A stretch of 64,000 nucleotides of DNA, taken from positions 34,286,001 to 34,350,000 of the forward strand of contig CM060734.1 of NCBI GenBank assembly GCA_030704615.1, written 5' to 3'. The notes under the pieces are model-generated. The model saw only the letters and a list, made by a program, of their open reading frames with translations. It ran no database searches and was not told the DNA's origin. Origin of the DNA: Takakia lepidozioides (taxonomy: Eukaryota > Plantae > Bryophyta). Below are positions 28,806 to 42,816 of this stretch, piece after piece (within the stretch, counting starts at the first letter, position 1; every line of letters begins with the position of its first letter). The translations under genes were made by a program, and so were the position numbers.

Positions 28806-29305
28806 NNNNNNNNNNNNNNNNNNNNNNNNNNNNNNNNNNNNNNNNNNNNNNNNNNNNNNNNNNNNNNNNNNNNNNNNNNNNNNNNNNNNNNNNNNNNNNN
28901 NNNNNNNNNNNNNNNNNNNNNNNNNNNNNNNNNNNNNNNNNNNNNNNNNNNNNNNNNNNNNNNNNNNNNNNNNNNNNNNNNNNNNNNNNNNNNNNNNNNN
29001 NNNNNNNNNNNNNNNNNNNNNNNNNNNNNNNNNNNNNNNNNNNNNNNNNNNNNNNNNNNNNNNNNNNNNNNNNNNNNNNNNNNNNNNNNNNNNNNNNNNN
29101 NNNNNNNNNNNNNNNNNNNNNNNNNNNNNNNNNNNNNNNNNNNNNNNNNNNNNNNNNNNNNNNNNNNNNNNNNNNNNNNNNNNNNNNNNNNNNNNNNNNN
29201 NNNNNNNNNNNNNNNNNNNNNNNNNNNNNNNNNNNNNNNNNNNNNNNNNNNNNNNNNNNNNNNNNNNNNNNNNNNNNNNNNNNNNNNNNNNNNNNNNNNN
29301 NNNNN
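28806..29305. other. Assembly gap (500 N)
   Basis: Run of N. Confidence 1.
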
Positions 29306-30465
29306 TGGCTATACTAAGTCTCCGTTACCATATAACCTATTATGGGCAAACCAAGGTCTGTAAATGTTTGTTCTTGGTGTGAGTTTGATCCACAAAGATC
29401 CTTTGGAATCCAATTTCTTTAACCAGTACAAGCTCTTCATGCATATGAGTATAAACATTCACCTTTCTTTCCTACCAGCCTTCAAACTCTACTCGCTTAA
29501 TGGATAGCAATGCTATCACATAAACCAGTGTTGGTAACCAACGTGCTCTTCCTCTACAGGCCACCTGATAAATCTTTATCACTCCTTTCTCCAGACCCCA
29601 TTCAGGGTCAGCATCATGCACTCTCTTAAGAATGTTTTCTTTACAACCGTCTGGCAATTCCAAGAACCTCTGAAAGAATCGTTTGGATAATCTTTCCTTC
29701 TCAGTTTCACAAGGAATTTGATTCACATCAAATTCTTTAATTCTCCAACCACCATGATCCCACCAGATGCCTGTCACATCTGGTTGTTCATGACCCAGTT
29801 CCCCAGTATGGTCGTCAAATGTCACGCGGCTTTTACTCACCCATCCCTTCGCTATCCGAGGCGGAAACTCCAAGATAGAAGAGTTGGAAATCTCTAAGCA
29901 CTCAGCCCGCTCAGAACAATCAGTCATGACCTACAGCTAGTGTATCATGGGGGTGTTTCCTATTTGTTTTCCTTTCCGCATTCATGTTAGCTAGTTACCT
30001 TACTGTTGGTAATTAAGTATCAGTTTGCTTCAGCAATCTATCGGATTCCATCAACTCATCCATTCATTCCACAGCTTCACTCAGATCTCTCTACACAGTG
30101 TGAGTATGAAGTCTGTATCAGATTAATATCTATCGAGTATCAGGCTGAAGCCATGGAGTCTCTAATCTGCTCTACATTACAACTCTACTGCTTGCATTCA
30201 TTAAGCATCAACAGATCATCCTCCTCCTACTCTGTGCTCTCCCTCCTTCCGCTCAGAGATGCGCTCTCTCCTCCTTTCCTCCCGTGATGTCCGAAGTCCC
30301 CCCTAGAAGTGATTCTTCTCCCGTCCTTGCTCCTGGCTTTATCTTCCTACCCGTTGTTCTAACCGTTTCCCTCACTAACCGTCATCCGTGTACTAACATG
30401 TTTCATTCGCAGATGTTGTTCCCCACAGTCGTTCCCTGTCCTGCTATCCGTTCCCTATGGTCGTG

Positions 30466-30600
30466 ACAGCTGTGTCAAGTTGTGACTGGCTGTGCGACTG
30501 TGTTGAGCTGTGACTGGCTGTGCGACTGTGTTGGGCTGTGTCAGCCGTGTCAAGCTGTGACTGGCTGTGACGGCTGTGTCTGGCTGTGTCTGGCTGTGTA
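30466..30600. repeat. Minisatellite of ~9-10 bp (GGCTGTGTC/GACTGTG) units
   Basis: Directly visible repeated ctgtg cores. Confidence 0.85.
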
Positions 30601-32804
30601 ACCCCCCTCTAAAGTGCGCTGCTGTCACCCCTAAGGCTCCTGTTGGTCTCAGTCTGTGCAAAAATTAAGGGTACCCCACAGATCCCGTAAAAGTGTCTAA
30701 GTCCCAGACAGTCCTCTAACAGCGGCATCATGAGCGGTCGCAAGCAATGTTGTTGCAGTGAGGCGATTCGATCCTCGAGGAGGATTGTTCCTTGGCCTTG
30801 AAGTGGGCCAAGAAAAGTGCACTGGGTGGAGCTTGAGAGGCTCCACCCTTGGCCAGGACTTGGGGGAAGTCGGCTAAACTAGCTAGTGGAGAGTAGAGTT
30901 AATTAGTGGGGGAGTTTGGTTCTTTGCCATGGGACGCCATGGTACGGAAACAAACTCCTTGATGTGGGACGTCACAACTTGGATGTTAGTTTCTACAAAA
31001 TAGACAAGTCGATGAGGACATCGACTCCCTATTGGTGGGGGTGTGTGTCGCGGCCATTTGCCTTGAGGGCAGGGGGTCGGGACACGAGAGGGGCTGCCCC
31101 TGTGGTGGGGGCAGTAGCAACAATAGGTACGGGGGCTAAAGCACCCTTGAGTGCCCAAGGCACTCAAGGAGGCGGAGGCGCTCACTAGGTGGAGCCCCGC
31201 ACACGGGGTTGCGGTGGGGGTGGTTCCACGAAGGGTGGTGGTAGCATAGTGAGTCTTAGTGCGGGTGTGGTCACAATGTTCTCAATCAAGTCGGGAATGA
31301 TTAAATCCATCCATGTAAACCCCCTTAGATGCAGTGTACCTCTAATCTCCATCGACCCACAGTTTCTTAATGCTTATCCAATGGGCCACCCCACTCTATG
31401 CAAGAAACCCCAATTCACTTGAGCCTTCTCGCGTTCATCTCTCTCACTTGCCAAATAGCCATTTGCATCGGATCAGTAGAGTACACTATGGTAGAGTCAA
31501 TCTTCTTGCACAGGTCTTGCACATGTTGCATGTTTTCAACTTTGGATTCCACTGAGAATCCACCAAAAACTTGTTCAGTGAAACCATAAGGCCACCGGAT
31601 GGCCGCTTAGGCGTTTAGGGTTTAAAGTGGGAGGGATCCAAAAGTGATGTTGGGGACGTCTGAAAATCAATTACTTTCTGGTTTCAGATATCAGCTAGTT
31701 TTTAGGTTCATGATATCCGCTGGTTTAAGGTATTAGGTTGGGTCTCGTTTTTTATACCCACCGGTTCGGGGTATTCATCAGGTCTTATTTTTTTCATACG
31801 CTCCTTATGAAAAACATCCAGATGGGCACTTTCTGAAAACATAGTTAGTGGAAAATGGCAAATCTAAGGAATTGGCTCATGGATGTGCTTAAGTATGAGC
31901 ACCAATGTCTTGAGTAGCAAACAACAAGGTTATTAGATGATCTAAGGTGATTTATAGCCCAGACCCAGTTTAGCTTTCTTCTTATTGTTTACAGCTTTTG
32001 GAGGGGGTTGGTATCATGTGAGCAAAAAAGGCCTCAGCAAAAAAAACCCGGTGTGAGCACAATCCACGGTTATATGGATAATATATTTACAAGTGGAAGT
32101 ATAAGTCATAGACAGACATAGTGTATAGGGTCAGTTACAATACGCTCTACGATTATGTTTTAGCTAAAACCCTTCGGACATACAATATAACTCGAAAGTT
32201 AATAGCTACATAATACCTTAAATATTATACTATATAAACAACATGTTTCACTAGCAATGCTCAAGGACTACTCATATATATTGAGTTTAGGAGAGTTTTG
32301 TTGGCGAAACAAACCCAAATAAAGGGGAAAAAACAAAAACAATCAAAAGATAGTTTCGCTAGAAAAACTCATTGTGTTCACCTGAGCACAAATTTGAACT
32401 ACTTTTGCACTTTTTGGTCGAATGAGCATAATTTCATTTCGTTGTAGTATATCCTAAGAATCTTGTATGGAATATTCGGGTCAACCCAACCTCATTTTGG
32501 AGATTCAATAGAGTTTTTCTTCTTGGGGTCTACTTGCATCCTTGGAGAATAAAATTTTGTAGTAAGCGCAGCTTGGTTGGATCGTTAGATTCTATTTGCT
32601 TTGCATTCTATATGTTATTGTAAAGAATAATTATAAAATTACAATGATGTTGTTGTTCATGATGTATTATGGAAATATATATTGTGATTGTTGCATATAA
32701 TATGACAACATTAAATACATAATCATTACTATGTATAAATATTCTATCATATAGAAGTATACAATCAAGTTGAGCTTAAAAATTACAGGGCATAAGTATA
32801 AATA

Positions 32805-35800
32805 AGGTAGATGAACCTATTCTGGCTCATTTAAGAAACACAACAAAGGTCAGAGATGCATTTTTGGTACTGATATTTTTCTGATATTGGCAAATGTAAA
32901 TACGAATTGTTGGAGAACAAACAAAAATCAAATGTCAAAAACCGTAATATTGTTGATTATTCAAAGTGCAAATACAGAAAACACCCATTGTGGGCCAGTA
33001 GAGGGCTCTATTCTGGACCAGAAATCAACCTAACACTCAACCGAACACTCACACTACAGTGTCCTTAACGTGTAAGCTGTTTGTCGCTTCATGGAGTGAT
33101 ACATATACAAAATGTGCACAATTCCTGCCAGCAAACTGCTCGTGTACTTATATAAAATAAACCTTCATCTTCTAGTAACCTGAGTTCGATTAAGTACCAA
33201 ACTGATCAGGTCCATATGCATGGTGATCTACCACTAGCCAAAATCAGACCACAAGTTGCTCAAACATAATCGACGGCGTGAGAAAACTAATCTCCTCGCT
33301 TCCTAAAACTGATCAGACTGAAACGTAAACCTGATCGCTCATCACAAGATATGATCCGGTCTCCCGCCAGTTTCCATTCCTTCTCCCGCCAGTATGATCT
33401 ACAATTGAGAATAACTAAATTGACCAGTCTAGCCTTAGGTTAGAGCTAGCTCAGCTGCGAACATAGAGTTAGGAATCCGATCAACTGCTCGCGCACTAGG
33501 AATGAAACCTCTGGTATAATCACACAGATTTCATGTATCCGATACCTTATAAAACGATGTGCTCACAACTGCCTTACTTCTCAGGCCAAAAGTGTTGAGG
33601 ACCATGTCATATTAAGAAGGAAAAACAGGGTGAAATGTGTTGAAGAAGGTGCCTTGATTAACAGTGCCTGATTTGATCAATTAATTAGTCAACTTTGCAG
33701 TCAACTTTATCGCTGGTTGTGAGAGGTCAGTGAATGTCGGGCTGAGGGTCATTCCCTGGTAGATGGAGCCTTCCAGAATTGGTCTTCTGAGGACTGGACT
33801 GAGACCTGAGGGTACACCTTAGCTAACAATCACTACCACCAGTTCAGGACACTCTCTGTTTCACAGACACATACACAGCTTGATGTAGTCAGGAGAGCTT
33901 CCAGAGCCATGCGTGAGGGCCGCAAGCCAACTTCCCGCATTGCATCCACAACTGCAAACCCATCTTCTACACCTAACCAGCAGATCTCATTCTCGTCTCT
34001 TCCTCCATTTGATATGTGCAGAAATATCTGCCAATGGAGGACAAGATATCTACTGTGAAAAAATTGTTTGGCAAGCTCCAAGATATGTTAACCTCACAGA
34101 ATTTGTACAAAGTTCTCCCAGATTGATGATAGAAAATACTCCTGTGAAATTTGTATGGAAGTCCTAAGTACATTTTCTGGTTTTACACACTGAAAGCTGG
34201 CCAGAACTCAATGGACTAAAAGCAATGGCTAATATCCATTTTCCAGTAGCAAGGAACGTTTCTATTATAGAGCAAAACCACAAAATGAAAAGGTTGCAGC
34301 GCCAGCCAGCCTGTAGACAAATACTCCAAGAACTTTTACTCTTCACCAACAATGGTCCTTCTTCTGCATTCAATTAGAAACCCATATCAGGACCTTCCAG
34401 CAATAAAATAAAATGAGATCTAAGTTGGTGAGCAATGGTGTGAACTTAGTTTTTGGAGCCCCCAGGTCAAGGGATTGTCTAACAGTCAAAGCCTCACACA
34501 GGAACACACGAGCTCAAACAGCCACCACATTTGCACATCAAAAAATAACCAGAGAATAGCCAACGCAAACCTTCAAATTTCTAAGTTTGGGTCTAGGGTA
34601 TGTTGGAGTTTGGGTAAGTAAGTCATACATGTCTTGCATCCTTTCAGATCTGATCTTAGTCATTCATGTCTTGCATCTTTCAGATCTGGAAGCCTTGAAT
34701 AACCGCAACCTTTCACTTCTGATTAGATGGTCTGTACACCCAGGGAGGTTCTATTAGCTGCAAGTTTGAAATGTCTTGTCCGGCTTTCCTCGTTGCTCTA
34801 CGTTGAATAGCAATTTTCATGTTCTTTCGGCAAATGGGAGGAGCGTTCCCACAATACACTCCTCTGTACGCGCTAGGAGGGATTGGTGCTTGTAGTCTGA
34901 TCGCCTCGTGGAGCCTCTCTCCAGCCACAGTGCATGACTTTGCAGACCAGGCCTCATTGAATCGTTTCATAACTTGCCGATCCTCACCCCTTTGGCGTTT
35001 TGCATTTTCTTTATCAAGCTTCTTAGCTGCCCTTCGTTCCTTGGCCAAAACTAGTGCTGCCCTCCGTTCTTCCCTAACCCCGGTAGCTTCCTCTTTCCAT
35101 GCAGATTTCTGCTCCAATGATCTCAAATAATCATCTGAAGTCATCAATATCGATTTGCTATAATCAATGAATGGTTCGGTAGAGTCTGCAGGTCGTTGAC
35201 GTTGTGTCGATACTGGAATTTCTGGCAAGGTTAGGAAGTTTGAAATCGACGAATCAATGCAGGAACCGTGTCTCTTTCAGCTCTTTCAGCTGATAGGGAC
35301 AAACTGTTGGACTGAGTGCTCAGCTGCTCACTGGTGGCTTCACCATCTACTTCGGCGTCACTTTCAACTTGCACGAAATAATATTGTCGTTGATCTTGTA
35401 TTGAGGGTATCACATGATCCCCCATAACTTCCTCGACCTGTAATTCAATGGTTGCCGATTGTATCTCTTCCGGATCTAGCTGAGGGTCATCCTCCGGCTC
35501 TTCATTTCTGAACCCTTGACTTGGACCCATTTTATGAGCCATTGCTTCTGGATTGATAGGCCATATCCCTGTCATCATAAATCCTTTTTTTATGTTGTCC
35601 GAACTAAGAGCTTTGTTAAGAGATAATGACACCCATTGAGCTAGATCTTCTTTCTTCGCTGTAGCTCCTTTATTAGCAGCTGCCCAGACATCTCGAAATG
35701 CTCTAAAGTTTGTCTTGAATGACTTATACACGGACACATCCAAGGGCTGCATGGCATGTGATGTGTGTGAAGGAAGTGTGAGGAGATCTAGGCCCACCTC

Positions 35801-37622
35801 CTTTGCTTTCTTGACGACATGAATAGTGACTTGTGAATTGTGTCCATCGAGAATGAGCAGGTGCCGATTCTGTGGTGTGATGGCATTCCCGAGACGTTCA
35901 GCTGCTGTAATGAAGTGAGATATCCACTTTGAGAACAAGAAGGAGGTCATCCAAGCCTTCGGTTGCATCGCCATAGTTGCACCGCTCTCACAACGAATTA
36001 TGTAATTCCGTCTGAACCTTTTGCCTTTGAAAATATAGAAATTTGGAATCTTTCCGCCACCTGCATTCATACATGACAGTACCGAGAGCCATTCCCTCTC
36101 GTCTGGTATAATTGAATGGACTCTTATGGAACCCTTCTTGGCAATGACTAAAGTTCCTCCGTTCCTCCCTGCTTGAGCCCCTGATTCATCGCAATTCCAA
36201 ATCCTCTCTGGTGAAAAGTTGTGTTTCCTGTATACTTCAGCCAGGTTATCATAAAACGATTGGACATTGGCTGGACAAAGTCCCTTGGCACGTCCTGTTT
36301 CCAAGCCCTGGGAATGCCGCAAAGAAAGTTCTGGGTGCCTCTTTTTGAACCATCTAACCCAACCACACCCTGGGATACCGTCTTTGAATGGTGTTTGGCG
36401 TTCCTTGCAAATCTCTGCAACCTTCAAGCGCAACTGTGTTAACGTCAACGGGTGCCCATACTCCTGCATCTTTATAATGTAATTTACCAGTTCAACTTCC
36501 TCTTTGTCTGTCAATGTCCCTTTGATTCCCCGCTTTCTGGTTCTTGTTACTCCATATAAATGGTTTTGCAGGCTTGTCACAGGGACACCCCACTGCCTGC
36601 TTGCCTCTCGAATTGCCATTCCTGCCCCCACAACATTCATCGTCAATCTCAATGAATTATTTGTCCAATTCCCGTTTTTCTTCAGATGAGGAGCTCCGTG
36701 TGATCGTCTAGCATATCTGGCAGCAGGTGCATCAATGGAGTCAGGTGTCACGTCTGCATTTTGTGTGCAGTCTAAATTCGGAATGGGAGTGGATATGGGA
36801 TCGGGCATCGGTGGATCATTAAGCCCGCAACTGTGAACTCCCTATGTGCCATCGTCATCAATTTTGAAACCTCCACCTTGCCCACAATGGATCTCAACAC
36901 TCTCATATGGATTTTGCGCCCACTCATAATTTGCAGGATTATCTAACGAATCACTCCCTGAATCACTCAACTCACCATCGGGCTGATCAGTCGTCGTTGA
37001 TCACGGTATCTGTCGATTATGAATTTCCTTCCCATGGCACTGACGATCAGAATCACTACTCACGAACTGAACATTCTCATGATTACCTCCCAAATCACTA
37101 TCAGATAACAATCGAAATGCCTGGGAAGCATGGAATTTGTTCGCCATTTTGGTACCAACTGAACGTGAAAGCAAATGTGGATATTTCCCTCAAAAACTCC
37201 ATTTCGAAAATGGCCCGCCTCTACAGTTATAGTGCCTATTTTGAAATTCAAATTTGATCACAATCAATTCAACAACTAACGTAGTTTCATGCAATAAGTG
37301 ACAGCGGCATGCTGTAAATCGGATCGAGGCATCCTGCTTAACTGTTTGGAGGCGTTCCCAAATCTGCCTTAATACCTCATTCAAACTGCGCAACAATATT
37401 TCAAATATGAACCGCCAGTAATTATTAAGGTTTCCACTCGCTGTTGTCATCATAATTGACCTTGATCTAAAAGAGGTGACTGCAATACCATTGTAGCCCA
37501 CCACGTGATCTAAGTTGGACCACTTGTAAGATCTGAGCCTTTCTAGCTTTGTATGTGGTTGGTTTTCTGTATTTATCTAGGGGTCCATTTTTAAAAGTGG
37601 TTTGAATTAGGTTCATCTACCT
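32805..37622 (-). mobile_element. pogo/Fot1-like Tc1-mariner superfamily DNA transposon, ~4.8 kb
   Basis: Perfect 15-bp TIR AGGTAGATGAACCTA at 32805-32819 and its reverse complement at 37608-37622. The left end is preceded by TA; the right flank is GA. Contains a DDE_1 transposase. Confidence 0.75.
34713..36808 (-). pseudogene. pogo-type transposase (HTH_psq + CENP-B HTH + DDE_1), frameshifted at ~35230
   Basis: AIREASRQWGVPVTSL (psq), GWVRWFKKRHPELSLR (CENP-B HTH), IWNCDESG / LLILDGHNS / HAMQPLDVSV catalytic motifs. The C-terminal tail continues in another frame (34713-35228). Confidence 0.92.
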
Positions 37623-40456
37623 GAAGTACCATCATAGCAAAGTGAAGCAATATTTCAGACTCTTTGTCAATATGTGGATAGATTTGCTATTTAAAACAGG
37701 TTGCTTATATCCATAAGAAATAGATAAAATATTTGATATTATTGGAAAAGAAGGTGTGACATCTAGATATGGCTAGACTATTTATATATTTAGCATACAT
37801 CCAAATATGTGAATGTATTTAGTTAAATAATGTTGACTAGTGTAACTTTAAAAAGCACATATAGAATGAAGTTTTCAACAAAATTTAATTACTGATTATA
37901 TATTGAGTTTAAACAAAAAAAATGAACAGGGGATGGAGGCCCTGGAAAATATATTAAAATAAACGGGAAAAAATAACTTGTGGAGATATAGCCTGAAAGC
38001 GTATTAAGGGGATACCACCCCGTAGCCAAGAACCACTAAGAACACTCAAGACCAGGGAGGTCTCGGGAGCAAGACAAAGCAAGACTTCCTACTAACAGAA
38101 AGATTTATATAGCGAGGAAGCAGAGAAGAATAGAAACCAGCAACAACATGCAAAACTGGAGCCCAAAACAGCTCAATCAAAGCATAAGGGCAACAGACCC
38201 AAAAATCCAAAGGCCACAGGAGGGCTCAAAACATTTAGCCCAAAAACTAGAAGTCTAAATGAGCCTTGACACGATCTGCACGTCCCTTACGGTGGCGCCA
38301 AATGCTTGGGAAGGGGGGGGGGGGGGTTTACTCCCCGTATTTTCAAAACCACGTGAGAACAAATATAGGGTGTAATTTATTTTCTTGAGGTAAAATTTAT
38401 AAAAGTTCTACTTAGAAAATATGGTAGGGCAATATCATTTCACCCAGTTTTTTTTTTTAAATGTAACAAAAAATCCAGAGTTTTACTTAAAAAGTTAATG
38501 TAATAAAGGGTTTTATCTACAGTATGATGTATCCATCCTTGTGAAATTACTCATATTACATCCAACTCTAATCCATCAGGATGAGAACACGTAGAGGTCA
38601 CCTATAGTTGAAATATGATTCCAGTGATACGTAGTGGATTGATGTTGGTACCATAATCTCAACAGTGGCTAGGGCATTTGAACCATCTCAAAACTTGTAC
38701 TCTTTAGATCTAAGTGATGCTTCGGCTTTGAATGAGTTCGTGACTAATGAAAATTAAATATTTTCTTGGGTCCGACATTTGACTTATATTATATGGAATG
38801 TACTTGTTTGTGTACATGCTTTGTAATTATTTAAAAGGACAATTTAAAATAGGGTCTAATTAATTGTTGTAAAAAAATAAAATAAAAAATAGGGTGTTAG
38901 AAAAACAAAGGGTTTTACAATATTACCTAAAGATAGGGTAGAAAAAAATGCAAAATTTTAAAAATAAAGCCTAGTATAAATATACATTTGTACGCACGTG
39001 ATATGGAAAAAATACATATAGTGACCCCCCCGTGGCCAATTGACATCCAGATCCTCAGAATCAAGAGGACTATCACTCTTGGGGCAGTTGGTCATTCCAA
39101 GAGATCCTAGTTGAGTCTGAATGATGGGTGCGGAGGATGTTGCCATTGCCCCAGGAGATGTTGAAAGCTTGTAACAGTTGAACCCTCTGTCAAGTGGAGC
39201 ACCTGCCAATGGCTGAGCTGAAATCGTAGGCCTAGTTATCATTCATGACGTGACGTGGCACTAACACGTCGGCCGTCACGTCCGACGTGCGTCACGTCAC
39301 GTCGAATCCGGACGTTTACCCATATAATTTTTTTACATTTGACTTTTACGATTTACTTCTACCCTTTGTAATGACATGGCAGCCACGGTATAAAACAGAC
39401 GTGGCCAATTATTAATATTTATTAATTCTTCTAAAAAAATGAGTCCGCCTATATTGACGGTTGCATCATGACGCACAGGTTGCATGACGAACATGTATGT
39501 GAGAGTCGTCCACCCACAAAAAAGGTGATCGTAGGTGATCTATACAGATTTGTTTGAAGGTGACCCATAGTGCAGCTCAATTTCGCTGGTAGGATGGTAG
39601 TCATAGGTCAAAATATCTATTTAGGTTGAACTTCCTGGAAGTACTTTTATCTTATGCAACATAACCAGGTTGGCACCACGCCAGTAATCACCTGTCTGCC
39701 CTCAAGGTGACTGTGAGCTCCTCTTCCATAGATCAAGGCACATTATTGGTGGTGTTATGTCTATGTGGGAATTGCAGGACGCTGCAGACAGCAGGACCTT
39801 TGGGCCCTTACCGTTGAACAATATTGAGGGGCGAGCTATTTATTGCAGTCGCTCACCGCGTGAACATGGCTTTGTCCAAAACAGGTGAGGAATGGAAAAC
39901 CCTGCTGTCTCTTTCTCTTGGTGTCATTCACATAGCTCAATGTTGCAACAGGATTTTTGGCTGTGAGAGAAGGAGTGCACACCTGTTTTCACGATCGCGT
40001 GACGTGTGTCACATGCACCAAAACACTTCAAGTAAGTAGATTAACGGGGGCGTTTCAATCCCAGATTAGACTAACGTTGCGATCACTGTTCGACGATGAA
40101 CCTCAAAGACAACCTTGGATCCGCAAGGATAGGTATTGATAATAGCCAAGCGCATTGTTGAACTGCTAAAGTGAATGAATCAAGCACAATTCCAATTTGC
40201 AAAAAATGGCTTCGTTCCTGAACAGTATTTGAACTGGCCCAAGGCATACCAGCTGACAACATTGACTTGTCATTTCGCGTTTAGTGATGTATCTGCACTG
40301 CTGAGTCATGCTTCAGTGCTGCAAATTGCAGGCTCACATTATGTATGATGAAGATTCGGACGGGGAGGAAGGACCGTCCGGTCCTACACCTGAAACGAGA
40401 CCGCACCTGATGCACACTGGCCATAACCCTGGCCCGAGAGTCCCCCATAAGAGGAA

Positions 40457-40745
40457 CATTCAAGCGGTGCCACCACTTGTGATCATGCGTTTGCACACTG
40501 TAGTAGTCCCTCAATTGATCCTGCACATCAACCCCCCTCATGTGTTCTTGATAGTGCTTCACAATGGGGGAAGTGGGGACCATGCGGCGAGCACCGTTGT
40601 GCCACCGCTCAATGAAGCAATCTGCCCCCACAGGGCTGCAAGCAGTGCTCAACAATGTGACTGGCTTGTTGTCAAACCAAGACAGTGCCACCAATTTGTT
40701 AGATCTATGCATGCGGTACTGCATAGTGCCTCTCTCTCATCTCTT
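40457..40745 (-). pseudogene. piggyBac-like (PGBD, DDE_Tnp_1_7) transposase internal fragment
   Basis: ALSWFDNKPVTLLST...PIVKHYQEHMRGVDVQDQLRDYY...HKWWHRL is the conserved piggyBac core C-terminal segment. Confidence 0.85.
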
Positions 40746-41263
40746 TCCAAAATCAAGACATGAAGGGAATCCCACCCGAGTTGTCTTCACAGTCAGCCTC
40801 ACCTATCACAGAGACAAGCGCTTGTGTCTTAGCTTTGACCCCCGTGATCCCGTGATCCCTCGATCCTCGATTGTAAAGTCTGCTCCCCCATTTATCTATT
40901 CCAATTCTGATCTTCACAATGACAAACTGTTGGAGAGGCAAAGCATGCACTTACTCAAAAGATGCACGTAGCGTCCCAAATCAATGTGCTCCCGCCTAAA
41001 CAATAGATCCTCCCAGGCCTTGGCTGCACGTCGTATCCCTTTGGCATCGTTGCCCTTGCACCACAAAACTTGGAAGTGGGCGGTTTCCGTTGCTGCAATT
41101 CATGAAACGCTCGGGCACGCACCATGCGAAGAAATGCTCGGCAGGAGTCGACGATCTGCATTCAAGCGTGTTCGCCGGGTATACCAATTGGGCAGATGTG
41201 GATTCTATGTTCGATTGATGTGAGCGCAGAATTTCGGGGCCGAATAGAAGCATAAACTGGGAA

Positions 41264-42367
41264 TTGGAGATAAATGAAGAGTGGGACACCACAACAAGGA
41301 TGATCAGCCACATCAAACCGGCCCAGAGGGAGGAGATACCACGAGGCGTTTTGCCGTCATGGATATCAGATAACACAGTTTGTTCGATGTGTAGGAATCC
41401 ATACGGCCCAGAGGGATGTCATGTGCTTGGATCATGTGGACATATGTTCCAACTCACATGTCTTATCCCGCAAGCCTTGCGGACGAGCGCTTGCCCAGAA
41501 TGTCGTACACCAATCCATCGCCGTTTCTATGAGCTGGTGGGCTTGGAGGATCGGATGCCCATAGATTTTGAATAGAATCGACACAACCTCCTATTGGATG
41601 GGCTACCATACACATTTCTGAATTGTGTGCATTGAGGCAAGAACTTGGTATGGGATGCAGACATAGAGATGTATGGCATACATGCCGGAAACCCGGCATA
41701 CATCAAAGATCCCCAGTATTTCTGGGTCACATCTGATTGGGAGATAACCATACGTGCGGGAGGCATTCGAGATTGGTGGGAGAGAGAGCAATTTTGCCGC
41801 AATCTGGGAGGGCATTGGAGTCAAAGAAGGTCCAGGTTTATCCGGCTCCCACAGGTTCCAGTGCCGGAGGAGAACGAATTGTATAACCGACAACCGATTG
41901 GAAGACATTTGTTGTTGTCCGAACTGGAATATGCTATAATATGTCAACGCCGAATGAATGATGCGTACAAGGCGGCTTATCGTCAAAACGACACAATGAT
42001 TAGGGACAGGGCCCACGAGAGGTAGTTGGAAAGTTTCAAAAGTACCATCAAGGCAGTTGTAGAGAAATGGAGGCGATTATGGACAGACCGTTATCATCGT
42101 GTTTCGGGGGCTGTATTGCCGGATGTGGACGGCCTCGTTGCCGATTTGCATGTAGCCCGAGCACTTGTTCTCGATCCACCTCCACCACGTTGTGAGAGTG
42201 AAGAAGAAAGTCAACTTTCGCCGCGAAGTAGGCGAATACAGGCCAGAATTGATCACATGCCATTGGGCCCCTCATTGACCACAAGATCACGATCGCAAGC
42301 TCTGGCAATTGGCAGTGCAAATCAGGCCACAACATCAAATTCCACATCCTCGGACAGTGACGACTAG
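41264..42367 (+). pseudogene. RING-H2 finger protein, apparently intronless, with in-frame stops; may start near 40341
   Basis: CSMC...SCGHMFQLTC...CPECR. ORFs 41264, 41645 and 42026 share one frame, separated by single stop codons. Confidence 0.7.
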
Positions 42368-42816
42368 GCTTTTAATGACTGATAGCGTAGTACATATACA
42401 ATATGTATTTTTGTTGTACCTTGAATATTGTTGGAAAACACAGTGATGGCATTCCGTCAAGTTTGTATATCACCAATTTTGTTAAAACACAATGCACATG
42501 TGCGGCACCTGCCAATTTCAATTGCATGAGCAGCGTTTTTTTCACATTTACACTCGTGTGATGGGGAACAAGTAGTTCACCCTGTAAACAAATTTACAAT
42601 GGTGTCATATTTGGTCATGACATGTATATGGGTATTTGCAATGAACTCCAAAAGCTGGAGAACAAGGAAAATTGATGTTAACAAATAAGTTATAACGAGT
42701 TACGAACGGTCCGGGTCCAAACAAATTTTGTCTGGTCCCTGCGTATTTCATAATCATTTCGCAAATCTATGATCTTTCTACGAACATATCCACAAAGTTC
42801 TCAAAGCACAAAATAA

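Noticed and set aside
28721-29317. 198-aa ORF in the track
   Set aside because: It consists mostly of the N gap.
29472-29927. 151-aa minus-strand ORF after the gap
   Set aside because: No recognisable motif. Probably a TE-derived fragment and cannot be assigned.
38283-38330. Minus-strand CA + TGGCGCC PBS-like motif; similar weak PBS-like motifs at ~5812 and ~30720
   Set aside because: Plausible LTR-element remnants, but no paired LTRs, TSDs or recognisable gag/pol to support boundaries.
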